Assembly (NCBI GenBank): GCA_964234715.1
Contig: OZ174279.1
Length of the DNA stretch: 64,000 nt
Source of the DNA: Podarcis melisellensis
Lineage: Eukaryota
Reading direction: 5' to 3' (one strand)
Shown: positions 51,759 to 63,954 of the stretch, piece by piece
Layout of the letters: every line of letters starts with the position of its first letter
How positions within the stretch are numbered: position 1 is the first letter of the stretch
Made by a program: the position numbers and the translations under genes
Notes under the pieces: generated by a model
The model's input: only the letters and a program-made list of their open reading frames with translations
The model's database searches: none
Told to the model about the DNA's origin: nothing

Positions 51759-53494
51759 AGTGTGTGCGTGCGTTAGTTTTGTTTTGTTTTGCAAAGGCAG
51801 GAATTTGTTCTTCTGTAAATTAGGTAACGTATGTTCTTATGCTGCTGCACATATTTGCATGCATAAGCCTATATAGCCTTACATGGAGAGGAGAGGCACA
51901 TTAATATGCTACCAAGCAACATTTTATTAATTCCATTTATTGAGAGAAATAAAGACAGCATCTTAGTTTAGTATTTTGCCACCTAAAGATGAAGTGTTGT
52001 TTAAAACTTATAATCAACATCTGTGGTATCAAAATCCTCACATAATCCTTCCCTAGTTCTTATTTCTTCACATGCATAAGAGAGTATCTGTATACCCTCT
52101 TTTGAGGTGATTTCCCTTACAACCCAGAAGCTGTCTCCGACCATTTTTGCCACCACCAAATTCATAGCCCACATTTTGTGCCATGAATGGAGTGGAATGA
52201 AGCTGTCAGACCACAGGGCCGATTCATTCCTGGTACTCTGCAGTCTGATTCCTCTTGGGAGTTCCTGGGGGAGTAGCGCTGGGATGTGCCGTAATGCTTG
52301 AAAGATTTCCAGGAAACATTTCCTCTGCTTTAGTGACTGTGTCACTGACAGATGGGCATGTACTGTGTCTTAAATGTTTAGGACCTTTACATTTGTCCTC
52401 AGCGTGTGAGCACTGAAAATCCCTTTCTTCTCAAGCTAAAAAGGACAGGATAAGAAAGCTGATACGTCCCCAGCAGCTTGAGGCTCTATCCCCACCTGAC
52501 CTTCAGGGGGAACCTTACTACAGTAGGAGAACTCAATAGCTTTGGATCACACAAGCACATGATCTACAAGGGTTTTACTTTTTTCTGCATAACACTCAGA
52601 ATTCTTGGAGTCTATCCTCTTCCACGTGCTTTCTTTGGACAACAGTCTTTCTACAGATATAGAAAGGAAATGAGGACTGCACTGTATGTAGTGACTAGAT
52701 GACCCTCTGTGTCCTTTTCATCTTGTATTTATGTCTCACACACATGATAGTGTCTGCCATACATAATGAAGTTTTGGAGGCCTCTGTGCACATATCTTAA
52801 TTTTTTCACAACTTCAAGCAAAATTAAATATCAGACGCTAAGTCCTTGGTTCCAAGTGTCCGGTCAAAATTTAAGTATTAAATTTAGGGTTCATATTTTT
52901 ATTTTTATTTAAGCAGCATGTCAACCAGGATAAGAATTTTGTATACTTGAAAAATATTTTTTAAAAACCACTCCCTGAAGACAGATTAAAAGTTGTTATA
53001 CAAAAGCATGAATTTTCATTTTAAAAATAATCTCAGAAGTTCAATTTCAGTCCCAGGATGGATGGATTCAGTTTACAATACCCTTGCTATTCAGTCTCCA
53101 TGGGACTACAAAAATTTATTTTGATGAGCAAGACACAAATGTACAGTACTAATAAATTGACAGCTGGCTCACACGTGACAATGGCCCTACCCAAGATCAC
53201 TTAGATCACCTAAGGTCTCACCACCAGCTCACATCTAATCTATGCTTATATAAATTTTCTTGTTTGTGGGAGCTGGCGCATCTCTGCAGGATGCGTATAT
53301 ATCAGAGGTCTAAGGTTTTTGAGCTTGTACCACTATGGAAATTGTAGCGGTTTCATATGCCACACACACATAGAAGCATCAGTTCACTGTGACATCACCT
53401 GAAGATGGCCTAGCTATAGTTACTTGAAATTTTAAATTAAAAGGTATAAGGTTAAATAAACAAATAAAGCAGTAAAACAACAGAGTAGAAAGAT

Positions 53495-53560
53495 TAGCCG
53501 CTCTGAGCCCGGCTTCAGCTGGGGAGGGCGGGATATAAATAAAATATTATTATTATTATT
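53495..53560 (+). mobile_element. 3' tail of a LINE/SINE (L2-like)
   Basis: agccgctctgagccc...gggagggcgggatataaataaa followed by (ATT)n. Confidence 0.6.
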
Positions 53561-53899
53561 ACTAAAGCTACTTACAAAAATCACAAAAATACCTAGAGAG
53601 CTATGGGTTCAGAGTGGAGAGCTCACTAAAAGTACCTGTTTCATCAGCGAAAAATAAAAATTCAGTGTTAGGAAATACTAAAGAAGGACTGAAATTATCA
53701 AATAAAAGTATGATCACTCTGAATACTGTGTACATTTCTGGTCCTCTCTCTCAAAGAGTATGCCAGGTTGCTGAAAGAGCAACAGTCTTTGGGGATTATT
53801 AGTTTGGAAAATACAAAACTAAGGAGGGATATAATAAGGATTTATTAAGCTATTTATTTTTATCAAGTGAATGATGAGGGAGAACAATAGAGTAGAGCT

Positions 53900-54215
53900 T
53901 AGCAGTGTAAGGTTTAGAAGTCAAAAAGGAAGCACTTAAACATGCAATGCCTTATTAACATTTATTATGGCGAGATATAATGTCTCTTAGCTTAGATTGA
54001 TTTTAATTAAGCAATAATTAGTCAATGGCTATTAGCCATGTCATAGCATCTCCATCTTCAGAGGCTCTAGGTCTCTGGTGACCAAACTCTGGGGACTAGC
54101 AGTGGAACAGAGTTTCTTGGTTTTAAGCCACCTAGAAGCATCCAACTGTCTGTTATTGGGGAATGAATATTACATGTAGGTAGATATTGGGCCGATCCAG
54201 TAAGACAATGCTTTT
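53900..54215 (+). mobile_element. Highly degenerate CR1 3' end
   Basis: tcaatggctattagccatg...ggccgatccagtaagac resembles 4307-4510. Confidence 0.45.
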
Positions 54216-56534
54216 GAATACCGTAAAATGTAGCAGTTTTGAGAGACAGCTACATATTTTCCATTCATTTTCAAGATACCATAGAACATGATATCATATG
54301 TTCCCATGCTGTCTGTGTCACATTTACTAATATTAGATTATGTGTTTTTATATTATAAAACTCCCTGTGATGCTCGGGTGAGGGGCAATGTATAAATTTA
54401 ATTATTATTAACACCAGTGATGAAGAACCTCTGGCCCATCACATGCTGTTGGTTTGCAGCGCCCATCATCCCTGACTATGAGCCAATACAGGCTTGGATT
54501 GACAATATGTAGAGAGCCACACATTCCCTATCCTTTCCTTAGGCACTGGAAATGTCTATATGGTGGCTCAGTAAACAAAAAGAGGTTTGCCAGTCCACCT
54601 AATTATAGCTGTTAGACATCATGTGTAGGAGCTTGTGAACGTTGCATATTCTATAGTGAAAAGTACACATCTCTTCCAGAATGCAAGGATTCTAATAGAA
54701 ACAAAACATCTTTATACTGTTTCTCTTCCCACAACATTGCCACTTATTTAATATTATGTACTGGGTTCAGAAACTTGTTTTTGAGGAAATATGGAAGGGC
54801 CTTTGTCAAGTTCATCTATATTAACACAGATTTTCTAGCTTGGTTTGAAAAGTCCACCAAACTATCTGAAGTGAAAAGATGCACTTGTCAGGTATTTTTG
54901 ATGGATTACTTTCGAAGGGGAGAATAGTTTTTTCTAAAATACTTATTACAGTGTCAGATTAAATGATAGGAATTTACTTTTCAACAAGCTATCTTGTTAT
55001 CTGATGGTAAAGGAAGTTGGTCAAGTAGAAACTTATAATTGCTTGACTTTTATGTGGGGAGGGGGAATTGAATTTCCCACCTCTTCCTCTAGAAGGATTA
55101 ATTCAGTTCTACCTGTTTTGCTCCAGTCCTTTTCATGCAAAATAATAAACTCTCCATGAAAGATGTTTACTAGTTCACTATCCTTGTCGCTTTTGTTGGT
55201 AAAATAAAATATATTTTATACCATAAATTTAAAACTGTTTCAATAATATTGCGTATTTTTGATCCTTAGTTATGCAGTACACCATTGAAATGTCTGAGTT
55301 GTTTTGGTCCCCTCTGTGGAATTATTTATGGAAAGGCTATGAAACATTAATCTTTGTGGATTTTGAGTATGGTAGTACTATATAGCTGAGATTCTAGTTC
55401 CAGTCTGCAAATCACCTTATATGTGGTAGAGATTAAGTTGAGGCTTAAGTTGGGTAATTACTCCGTTTCTGTAGTAGTGCCACAAAATTCCCAGCAGGTG
55501 CATTAAATCTGAACAAAACAAGCAAGCACAGACACAGCCTTCCATCAGCAAAAGTTCACCTGAACAAGACTTTATTTGTCACATCCAAATCGGCAGGGTA
55601 GCAGTTTACAACCAGAATGAGCAAGGAGGAACAAGTTCAAAGACCTTATGCCTGGAGACCTGCATGAGCTACATTTTCAAAAGGAACGTTCACATCTCCT
55701 CTTCTTACTGGTACATTCCAGGGAACATAAACATCATAGTGGACATGCTGAGTTGAAACCCAAAATGAATCGCTGAAGTGGGAACTAGACCAAGCTATTG
55801 AAGAGAAGACATCACAGATCTAGGAAAGCCTCTCGCCCACCTACCTTAGGGTTGTAGCCAAATCTTCACTAAGCCCAAAGCTTTCTCGTTCCGAGAGCAT
55901 GCTTTCAGTTTACCCGCTGATGAACAGAGATCTAGTCTCTGTTACTCCCTTGTGAATTTCCATTAATATCTCCTTATTAGAAGCAGAACATGCAAGTAAC
56001 CACCAGGCTAACCACACTATGCAGAGCCAATAAAGCAAGGTGAGACTGAGCAGCCTTTTAATGTTTGCTCAGCATTGCCAGTTCTGTTGTAGGGAAAGCA
56101 AATTTACTGAACATAGACACGAGCCCTATTCAGGCCTTACACTAATGAGGGAAAGTGGCAGGGCAGATGGGTGTGAGCATGCTAGCTTTACTTCACATAC
56201 ACCCACAAGGTTGCTCTCCATGACTAATTGCAGCAGGGAACTGGCTTCTGCTTGTCATAAAAGTGAGCTCTGCATCATGTAGGAATCCTAGCCAAGTGGG
56301 GGAAAACCTCCCTGCAGACCGTTGCAGCTCAGCTTGTGAGGGGCAATGGCAACAGTGATGGGATCGAGCCCAGCATGTTCACCCCCATCTTCCTTCTCAG
56401 GTGTTTTAATTTCCTTACTGGTATAATACCTGAATAGGACTGCTATTCTTTTCATTTCTTAGCGTATTAAAAATAAGAATGATGCTTCCTTAAGATTCAT
56501 GGGGAAGTTGAGCCTTATTTCTAATACTTACGTC

Positions 56535-56640
56535 TTTGTTTGTTTGTTTGTTTAAATTTATATACCCCCCTTCATCATAAGATCTCAGGGTGGTTTACAA
56601 AATAAAATACAAGATAAAAACACAAGTAAATAATTAAAAC
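56535..56640 (-). mobile_element. 3' tail of a retroposon (L2-like), minus strand
   Basis: (TTTG)n-taaatttatatacc...ttcatc...agatctcagggtggtttac; similar copy near 5320-5400. Confidence 0.55.
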
Positions 56641-57251
56641 TGTTGACAGGAAAAGGTTTCCTGCTGAATGCAAGTTTGCAATCCATTTTTAACTTTATTT
56701 GTTCATGAGATTTTGTTAGACATTGTAGAGCATATTTTGGGTACAATGTTTTCCCACCCATCCCCAGTCCCATTTGTTCTGACTGGATGAAGAGCAGAAG
56801 TATGTAATGGTAATTTATGTAACACAAACAGAGTCTTGATTGCTGGCCAGTTTTGGATTCTTTATGGGAAGTGTTGACATTAAATGCTCTGACTTGATTT
56901 TATCCAATAGTAGTCTATATCAGTAGTCTTCATCGCTTCAGATCCAAGACCCACCTTTAACCCAAACACGCATTTGGCGACTGATTTATTTTATCATACA
57001 TTTATGTGCTGCTCTTTGTACATGGTGTAAGTTATACTCTTAGGAGTTCTGAAGTGTCGCTATGACTAGAATGAAATGTTAAGTAGAAAGTGGGCAATTT
57101 GAGATGCTGAAAAGCGTTGTGTTGCCACACACATTGAAATGTTTTCAAATATGTACAATTCTAGCAAGCTTTGCAGAACATTTCTTTCCTCTTGCCTCTT
57201 TTTGAAAGTAGGTTCTGTAACAACCCTTTCATGTATTTGTGTTTCATTCAG

Positions 57252-57300
57252 GGCAAAAAGAAGAAAAGGAAAAGGGACAAACAGCCAGGAGAGACCAATG
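57252..57300 (+). CDS. TCF7L2: TCF7L2 exon 12 (49 nt), basic tail/NLS: GKKKKRKRDKQPGETN
   Basis: Acceptor tttcattcag|GGC and donor AATG|gtaagt; manual translation. Confidence 0.97.
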
Positions 57301-57831
57301 GTAAGTAACATGGAATGTTTTATGTATTCCTTAGTGGAACAATGAAGGCCATAAGTTACTAATACTGTGCATAAGAAGAAAGTTTGAAATCTCCCAACCT
57401 TCTTGCCACAGGGCCATTACTACATCCAGCTTTTTCCTGTTGGATTTTAAGTACAGTTAAATTCTTATTGCTCGCCTTTTAAAACTAGTAGCCACGTAAA
57501 TGCATGAATAGCATATTATAATGGTAGTTATGTTTGTCCTTAATAACTGCAGAGCTACTCACTGTAGAGCCATAGTTTGTTAATGCCTGTGCCATTATTA
57601 CCAAAGGTGTGCGTGAGAGAGAGTTTGGTATTAATCTGGGCTGTTTCTGTGTGAACTGATGCATGCCTTTACAGTGGTAAATTGCAGCCATTTTTTTTTA
57701 AAATTAAGGAGGTTTGCCATTCTTTCTAGAAAATTAGAAATACTGCATAGGCAATCTCATAGTCAATTTTGAAAAAGCCCTGATTAATTTTTTTCTTTGA
57801 AGCCTTTGTATAATTTGTTCTTTTTTTTCAG

Positions 57832-57882
57832 AACACAGCGAATGTTTCCTAAATCCTTGCCTTTCACTTCCTCCGATTACAG
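57832..57882 (+). CDS. TCF7L2: TCF7L2 alternative exon 13 (51 nt): EHSECFLNPCLSLPPIT
   Basis: Acceptor tttttttcag|AA and donor ACAG|gtgcta; symmetric phase-1 cassette with the recognised peptide. Confidence 0.95.
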
Positions 57883-58701
57883 GTGCTAATGTCATTTTCA
57901 GCCATTTAAAATAGTTTGTAAATTGCTCTTTTTTTATCCTGCCATTTTAGATTTTATTAACATTTAAACACTGACATTAAAAATAAACTTATCATTCACA
58001 CGTTTGTAGCGTATATATATATGTGCTATGGTTAGGTTTTTTTTCTTTCTTTCTGATTTGTTATTCATTACAGTTGCTATTAAACAGTAATGCAGTAAAA
58101 ATAACTCATTTGTACTAACTGTGCAAATTGAATATGCAGTATTTCTTTAAAGAGACTGATATAAAAAGCTTAATAATGAACCTCCTTAATCTAATGGCAT
58201 TTTATGCGGCACCCACTAAGTCTTCTCATGCCTGCATGCGATATATATATCTGTATAGAGATATATATATATAGACATATGCCTTTCTACTCAAACATAT
58301 CCATTGCTATTCACCTGCTTTACCTGCATACCACTTGCTTCCATGCTTCTGATCATTTTATTTCTGGCTGAAACTAACATATCCATTTTGCTATCTGCTT
58401 ATTCTGAGCCATTTCTTTTTTTCTTTTTTAAATTATTTTTTAAAAAAATACAAATTGAATGTTTATTCCCAAAGCTGCATTATCCCCCCCCCCAAGAAGA
58501 AAGCATGTTAGCTATTTCTATACTAAGTTCCTTGTCTCCCCTCCACACACCTTTTTCCCCTATAAAAATAAATATTTTTATATCAAAAGAGAAATCCACC
58601 AAATAGTGTTCTTCACAAACCCGCTGCATTTCCTGGGGCTTGTGCAGAAACAGTAGACGGGTTGTGCCTCCAATGCCTCTTGAATCAATTGCAATTCTTC
58701 C

Positions 58702-58732
<31 letters not shown>

Positions 58733-59009
58733 AGTCCTTTCCAAAGGGATACTGCAGCTTTAATTGCAACAGCTAATTTTAAAAGTTTGATAGATGTGAC
58801 AATCACTATTTAAAGAAAATAAAACAATCAAAAGTTGATATTTTGCAGTTAATAATGNNNNNNNNNNNNNNNNNNNNNNNNNNNNNNNNNNNNNNNNNNN
58901 NNNNNNNNNNNNNNNNNNNNNNNNNNNNNNNNNNNNNNNNNNNNNNNNNNNNNNNNNNNNNNNNNNNNNNNNNNNNNNNNNNNNNNNNNNNNNNNTTGAC
59001 CTCATTCAG

Positions 59010-59082
59010 ACCTGAGCGCTCCTAAGAAATGCCGAGCGCGCTTTGGCCTTGATCAACAGAATAACTGGTGCGGCCCCTGCAG
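59010..59082 (+). CDS. TCF7L2: TCF7L2 alternative exon 14 (73 nt), C-clamp CRARF form: [24 protein letters not shown](R)
   Basis: Acceptor cattcag|AC and donor CAG|gtgtgt; manual translation. Confidence 0.96.
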
Positions 59083-59410
59083 GTGTGTATAGTCTCCCCC
59101 CCAACCCCGACTTGCTATGGCTGGTTTTGCAGCTGGTTTATTTGGTACTTCCCCCTTCCCCTCCCTCTCCTCCTGCTTTGTTGCTTTGTAGCTCTGTGTT
59201 GTGATCTAGAAGACACAAGGGAGTGGGACGCTGCCGTGAATGATCATCTCTTTCTGTTTAAAGGATTTCGCTCTCTTCCGCCGGCCCCCCCTCATTTTTG
59301 TTTCCTCCACCCACCTGCACACTGCCGCTAGCTGGAAAATTCCCACTGTAAGACAGCATCAGCCTAGGCTTGCACACACAATCCCACCCTCCTCTCTGGA
59401 AAGTTCCATA

Positions 59411-59412
<2 letters not shown>

Positions 59413-59459
<47 letters not shown>
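59413..59459. repeat. (AT)n microsatellite between exons 14 and 15
   Basis: Directly visible. Confidence 0.95.
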
Positions 59460-59465
<6 letters not shown>

Positions 59466-59723
59466 CACATTGCTAAACATCCTTTGATACCACAGTGCAG
59501 AGTTCAGCAGAGAAGACACAGGGCTAAGTGAAGAGAATGCACAGCAGGCTTAGGCATTGTAAGTGTGTGTTGCCTTGTGGAGATCCTCTTTCTTTCTTGC
59601 CCTTTGGTCTGCGAGATTGCCAAATGAACTGGGAGAAATGTTAGCTGTAGCTAAGATTTCACATCCAACTGAGCTCTATCCACCATTGTGTTGTATTTTT
59701 TTGTGTTTACCTTGTGCTAACAG

Positions 59724-59796
59724 ATGCAAATACTCCAAAGAAGTGTCGGGCATTGTTCGGGCTTGACCGACAGAGTTTATGGTGCAAACCGTGCAG
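59724..59796 (+). CDS. TCF7L2: TCF7L2 alternative exon 15 (73 nt), C-clamp CRALF form: [24 protein letters not shown](R)
   Basis: Acceptor gctaacag|AT and donor CAG|gtatac; same length and phase as exon 14. Confidence 0.96.
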
Positions 59797-60592
59797 GTAT
59801 ACTACCCATTAGGCCTTTGGGAACTAAAAGCATTCTGTCATCTTAGTATTAAATGTGTGGTTTATTTTTAACCCCTCCCCTTCCACTTCTCGCCTTCCTT
59901 GCTTCTACGACATTGATTGCTAATCAATTTTTGATCTTCAGAATTCTTTGCTAATTCAATGCAAATTTCTTTTTCTTCTTGACCAATAACCTCTCTTTTG
60001 GTAGTAGAACTGGGAGTTGGTATACACATCCCCAAGATGCAGAAACTAACATTTTCTTGGTCAAACAAGTGTGTTAAGTGGACATCCGTACAAGTGTCTA
60101 TAAGTGTATGCTCTCAGTCTCCAAAGGATATTTGCTGCACTGGTATTTTCACTGTGATGAAAGAGGATACAAATTAGAATTTCTGCTTGGATCTAAGCTA
60201 ATAATATATTGGGAGTCTATATAACAAATTCTTCTGTATACTTTTGAATCAATCTTGTGTGCTTATGAAAGCTCAACTAAAATTCATATTAGGCACATTC
60301 ATAAGGTGCCTGGCAAAAAATATTTGCAGTAGTCCATTTGTCTCTGGCTTGTTAAGTTGACATTTGCTTGGCAAGTTGTTTTGGGATTTTAATCAAATTA
60401 CAGGACATTGTTCTGCATTGTTCAGCTTAATGGCACCGAAGACCAAAACATTTGAAACAACCCATGTTCTACTGCAGGATAAATTCAGTATGCACTTGTT
60501 TCTTGGTGAAGGGAAGCAAACTATCTCTTGTTGAATTCTTTTTTCCCCTTAATATGGTTAAATTTGTTATTTCTCTGTTCTGATCCAAGCAG

Positions 60593-60617
60593 TCTTTGAA
60601 TTTGGAATATTATGATG
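60593..60617 (+). CDS. TCF7L2: TCF7L2 alternative micro-exon 16 (also called 13b; 25 nt, stop-containing)
   Basis: Sequence aagcag|TCTTTGAATTTGGAATATTATGATG|gtaggt. Length, position and sequence agree with the mammalian 25-nt exon as recalled. Confidence 0.85.
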
Positions 60618-63600
60618 GTAGGTATCTCAGTCCAACACACACTCTTTTCTGTATGTAGTGCTCCCCCTCCTCACCTTTCCCTCTGATTCACACCCATACC
60701 ATGTGCTTCATTCTGTTTTTTTAGACAATAGAGCAGTTATTCATATTATATGCATGCCAATTCTGTTAGTTTTGTGATGCCAAGCTATACACATGGATTG
60801 AAAATGTACTGTACATCTAATTGTTAGATAAAGTTCATGCATTGTCCTTTAAGGACGGCATTCCACCTGAACTCTGTAACTTCCCATCAGATGCATGCGT
60901 AAGCACTGTGATTGTGTGACAGAAGCAGCAAAATAGCACAGGTCATTGTCAATGCAGATTATTGAATACCTTTTGGAAATTACAAATTCAAGAAACATTT
61001 GAACAGCCAGATTACAAGTTTAGCTTTTTAAAAATGAGACAACTCATTTAGAGAGAGAAATTCCTCTTAACACTACTAAGCTTATCTGGCAGTTATTCTA
61101 GTACATAGAGACATAGACGACCATTTTTATATTTGTCAAAACTAGAATGCTGGTGGAAGGTAGGAATTATGCTCTAAATCCCTTATCAGTAAAGGAACTA
61201 TTTTGAACTGAGATAGAGGCCAGCAATGTTGGCTCCACACGTCTGGTCACTGCAACATAAGCAAAGCCATCCCTAGCCATCTGTCTTGAAGGCTATACAG
61301 TAATAAATACTTTGTCAAAGGCTTCGTTTGGGGCACCTTAGGTGCTCACTGCCATATTCACCTGTGACTTGGTTTGTGCACGGGTCTGAAATTCTCTTTG
61401 CCCTGGGAGGAAAATGAGATTAAAGACCATTTTTGTATGTTTCTTGGTTTGGTCGAAAGTGGCCAAGGTGCATAATTGTACATGGGAAGGAGGTTGGGAT
61501 CAAGGGAGCCTGATAGGATGTCTTATGAGGATCAGATTTGGCTCTGGCTGCCTGTCTCCAGCATGCCTCTTTTATTACCTTTTTACTGCAGCCAGTATTT
61601 TATTGCTTTAAAACTACATTTAACTGTTTTCAAGTCATATTTAAAGAGGATCTGCTACATGATCTGTAGTATTTTCAGTCAAATGATCGTTGAATTGTGT
61701 ATGGAGAGAAACAAACTCTTTTCTCTAATACAAAATAGCATTTTCAGCTTAACATAATTTCAGTTTAGTTCTAAAAGCTTTGCGGTAGGATCTTTAAAAT
61801 GTCATTCTTGAAGCTACAGAGCATGCATATTAACACTGCAAACAATTTTTTTAAACAAACTGTTACAATAAACTTTAACTTGAAACTCTGTAGGTCATCA
61901 CTTTCTCTCTTTCTCTCCCTCACTCTTTCTGCTTGACTCCAGTGTTTTGTTTTTCTGGGGATAGATGATACATTGCAGAGTTCAGTAAAAGAGCAAATAC
62001 TGGACGTGATTGGGCGAGGGCATCCCACAAACCCAAGATAGTTTTTGATTTCTGATAGCAAAACTCTACTGAGAGTAAAATGAGGACAGTTGGGACAATA
62101 TTAGTATTAATTAGTACTTAATATTCCAAATATGCATTAGCCTGTGAGGATAGGTAAGTATCATGGCCCACACTTCATGTGTGTCTCATACCTAGGTCAG
62201 TACTGTCTAGAACATAGAGTTAAATACCTTAAAGGTCAGTTAAATTAGGTATAATGCTTTTAGATAGATATTTGGTTTTCTATAGCTGTTACCAGTGACA
62301 TCATAACTAGCTGAACAATAAAGTGCTTTTGGGTTTCAATTCCAGTATTTGCTTCCTGGTATGTCATCTACACTATATTAAAGCATATATGTACGAGACA
62401 TTTACCACTGGGCTCAGGGACACCTTAATTATTCAATTAATTAATCTAAACATGCTTTGGAGCTAAAAAAATTGCCCATAATCCACTAGGTCTAAAGTGC
62501 AAAAAGAGAGAGAGTGAGTGAGAGAGAGCACTTTGCATGTTCCATGACTTATTAGTGCTGTGTTTATATTTCACAGTTCTGTGGCTGCTCTTTGTAAGCA
62601 CAGAAACTTTTGTTGAGTGCTGAATTAAAAAGTTGTAAGATTATTTTTTTTAAAAAATCAAGTTCTTGGACCTTATGGTCAGGAAAATCACTGCCAACAT
62701 TTTGAATTTCCAAATGTTGACCAGAGAAGGAAAATACATTTATGGCTTGCATAGCACTTTGTCCCTTGCCATAACTCACAAAATAAATTGTTCAGGATAA
62801 GAAAATAGGTCTGTATTTATTAGTCATTATAGAATTCAGCTTTTCTCAGCACTGATTTTTTTTTTACATACTACCCCGGGCTTACTACTTGTTTTCTACA
62901 AGCCTCATGCTGATGACCTACTGTTTACTCAGCTATAAATCTATACCTGTTGCAACACTAATCACACACGTCCTAAGAAACATCTGTTTCTCTTGTCCTT
63001 TATATAAAACTGATTTGCCTGAACCATACGAGACTGATTCTGATTTTGAAGTGATTTCTGTAAATGAACGGCAGCAAACAGTAACAATCAAAACACCACT
63101 TTCAGTAATAACGCTAGTTTTGCCATCGCATGTTCTGGGTTTTCTTGGCCCAATGCTGTAGGGAAATCCTTTAGTTGTAAAGAAGAGTGGGTGTCAGGGA
63201 GGTGGAGGAAACTGAATTTGGGCACTGATCCCAATCCTATTAGGGACAACACTGGTAATGCAGACATGTAGTTTTCTTCAGCACCTCAGAACAAGAACCC
63301 ATCTTGAAGCTTGTTGGCTTCTTTATGGGCTTACCATTTCAGGCTATGTCTGTAATGACCAAATCCTTGCGCAAGGAGGTGCATCTGTGAAGTTGAGTTT
63401 GGTGGGAGGGGTTAGCATCTAGAGATCCTATCCATTGATCCATGAAGTGTATGCATGCACACACATGCTCCTCTACCCTTTGTCCTGCATGGCCTGCCAG
63501 AGCCTCCCACTGCCTCCCACCAACAGCATGGCGACTGATTCAGAAGGTCCCCATGGCATTGACAGGTACAGCTCTGTGTGCTATTTGGAAAACGCTGATC

Positions 63601-63954
63601 TGTAAGGCAAGATAATAGTACCTTGCATGCCGATGTGGAACATATAATGGGATCTCCTAAATATTAGCACCACTCTGTTAATATAATCTTGCTTATTTCC
63701 CATGGGTTGGTAAAAAAAATATATGCTGCTTTGAACTGTTGATATGGTAACATTGCCTCCTTTCTGCCTAAAGGGACTAATTAAAGAGTAAGACATAAAG
63801 AACATGAAATAGTTCAGGCCAGTGGACTACATCAATTTCTCGCTAATAGATTTCCAGTTTTTATTACTTTAGGTAGGAGGCTTCTAGCAAGGTTCTGTTT
63901 AGAGCCCACCAATTACTCTTTTTTATCTTTTAACTTGCCTTAATAAAGCATGGT

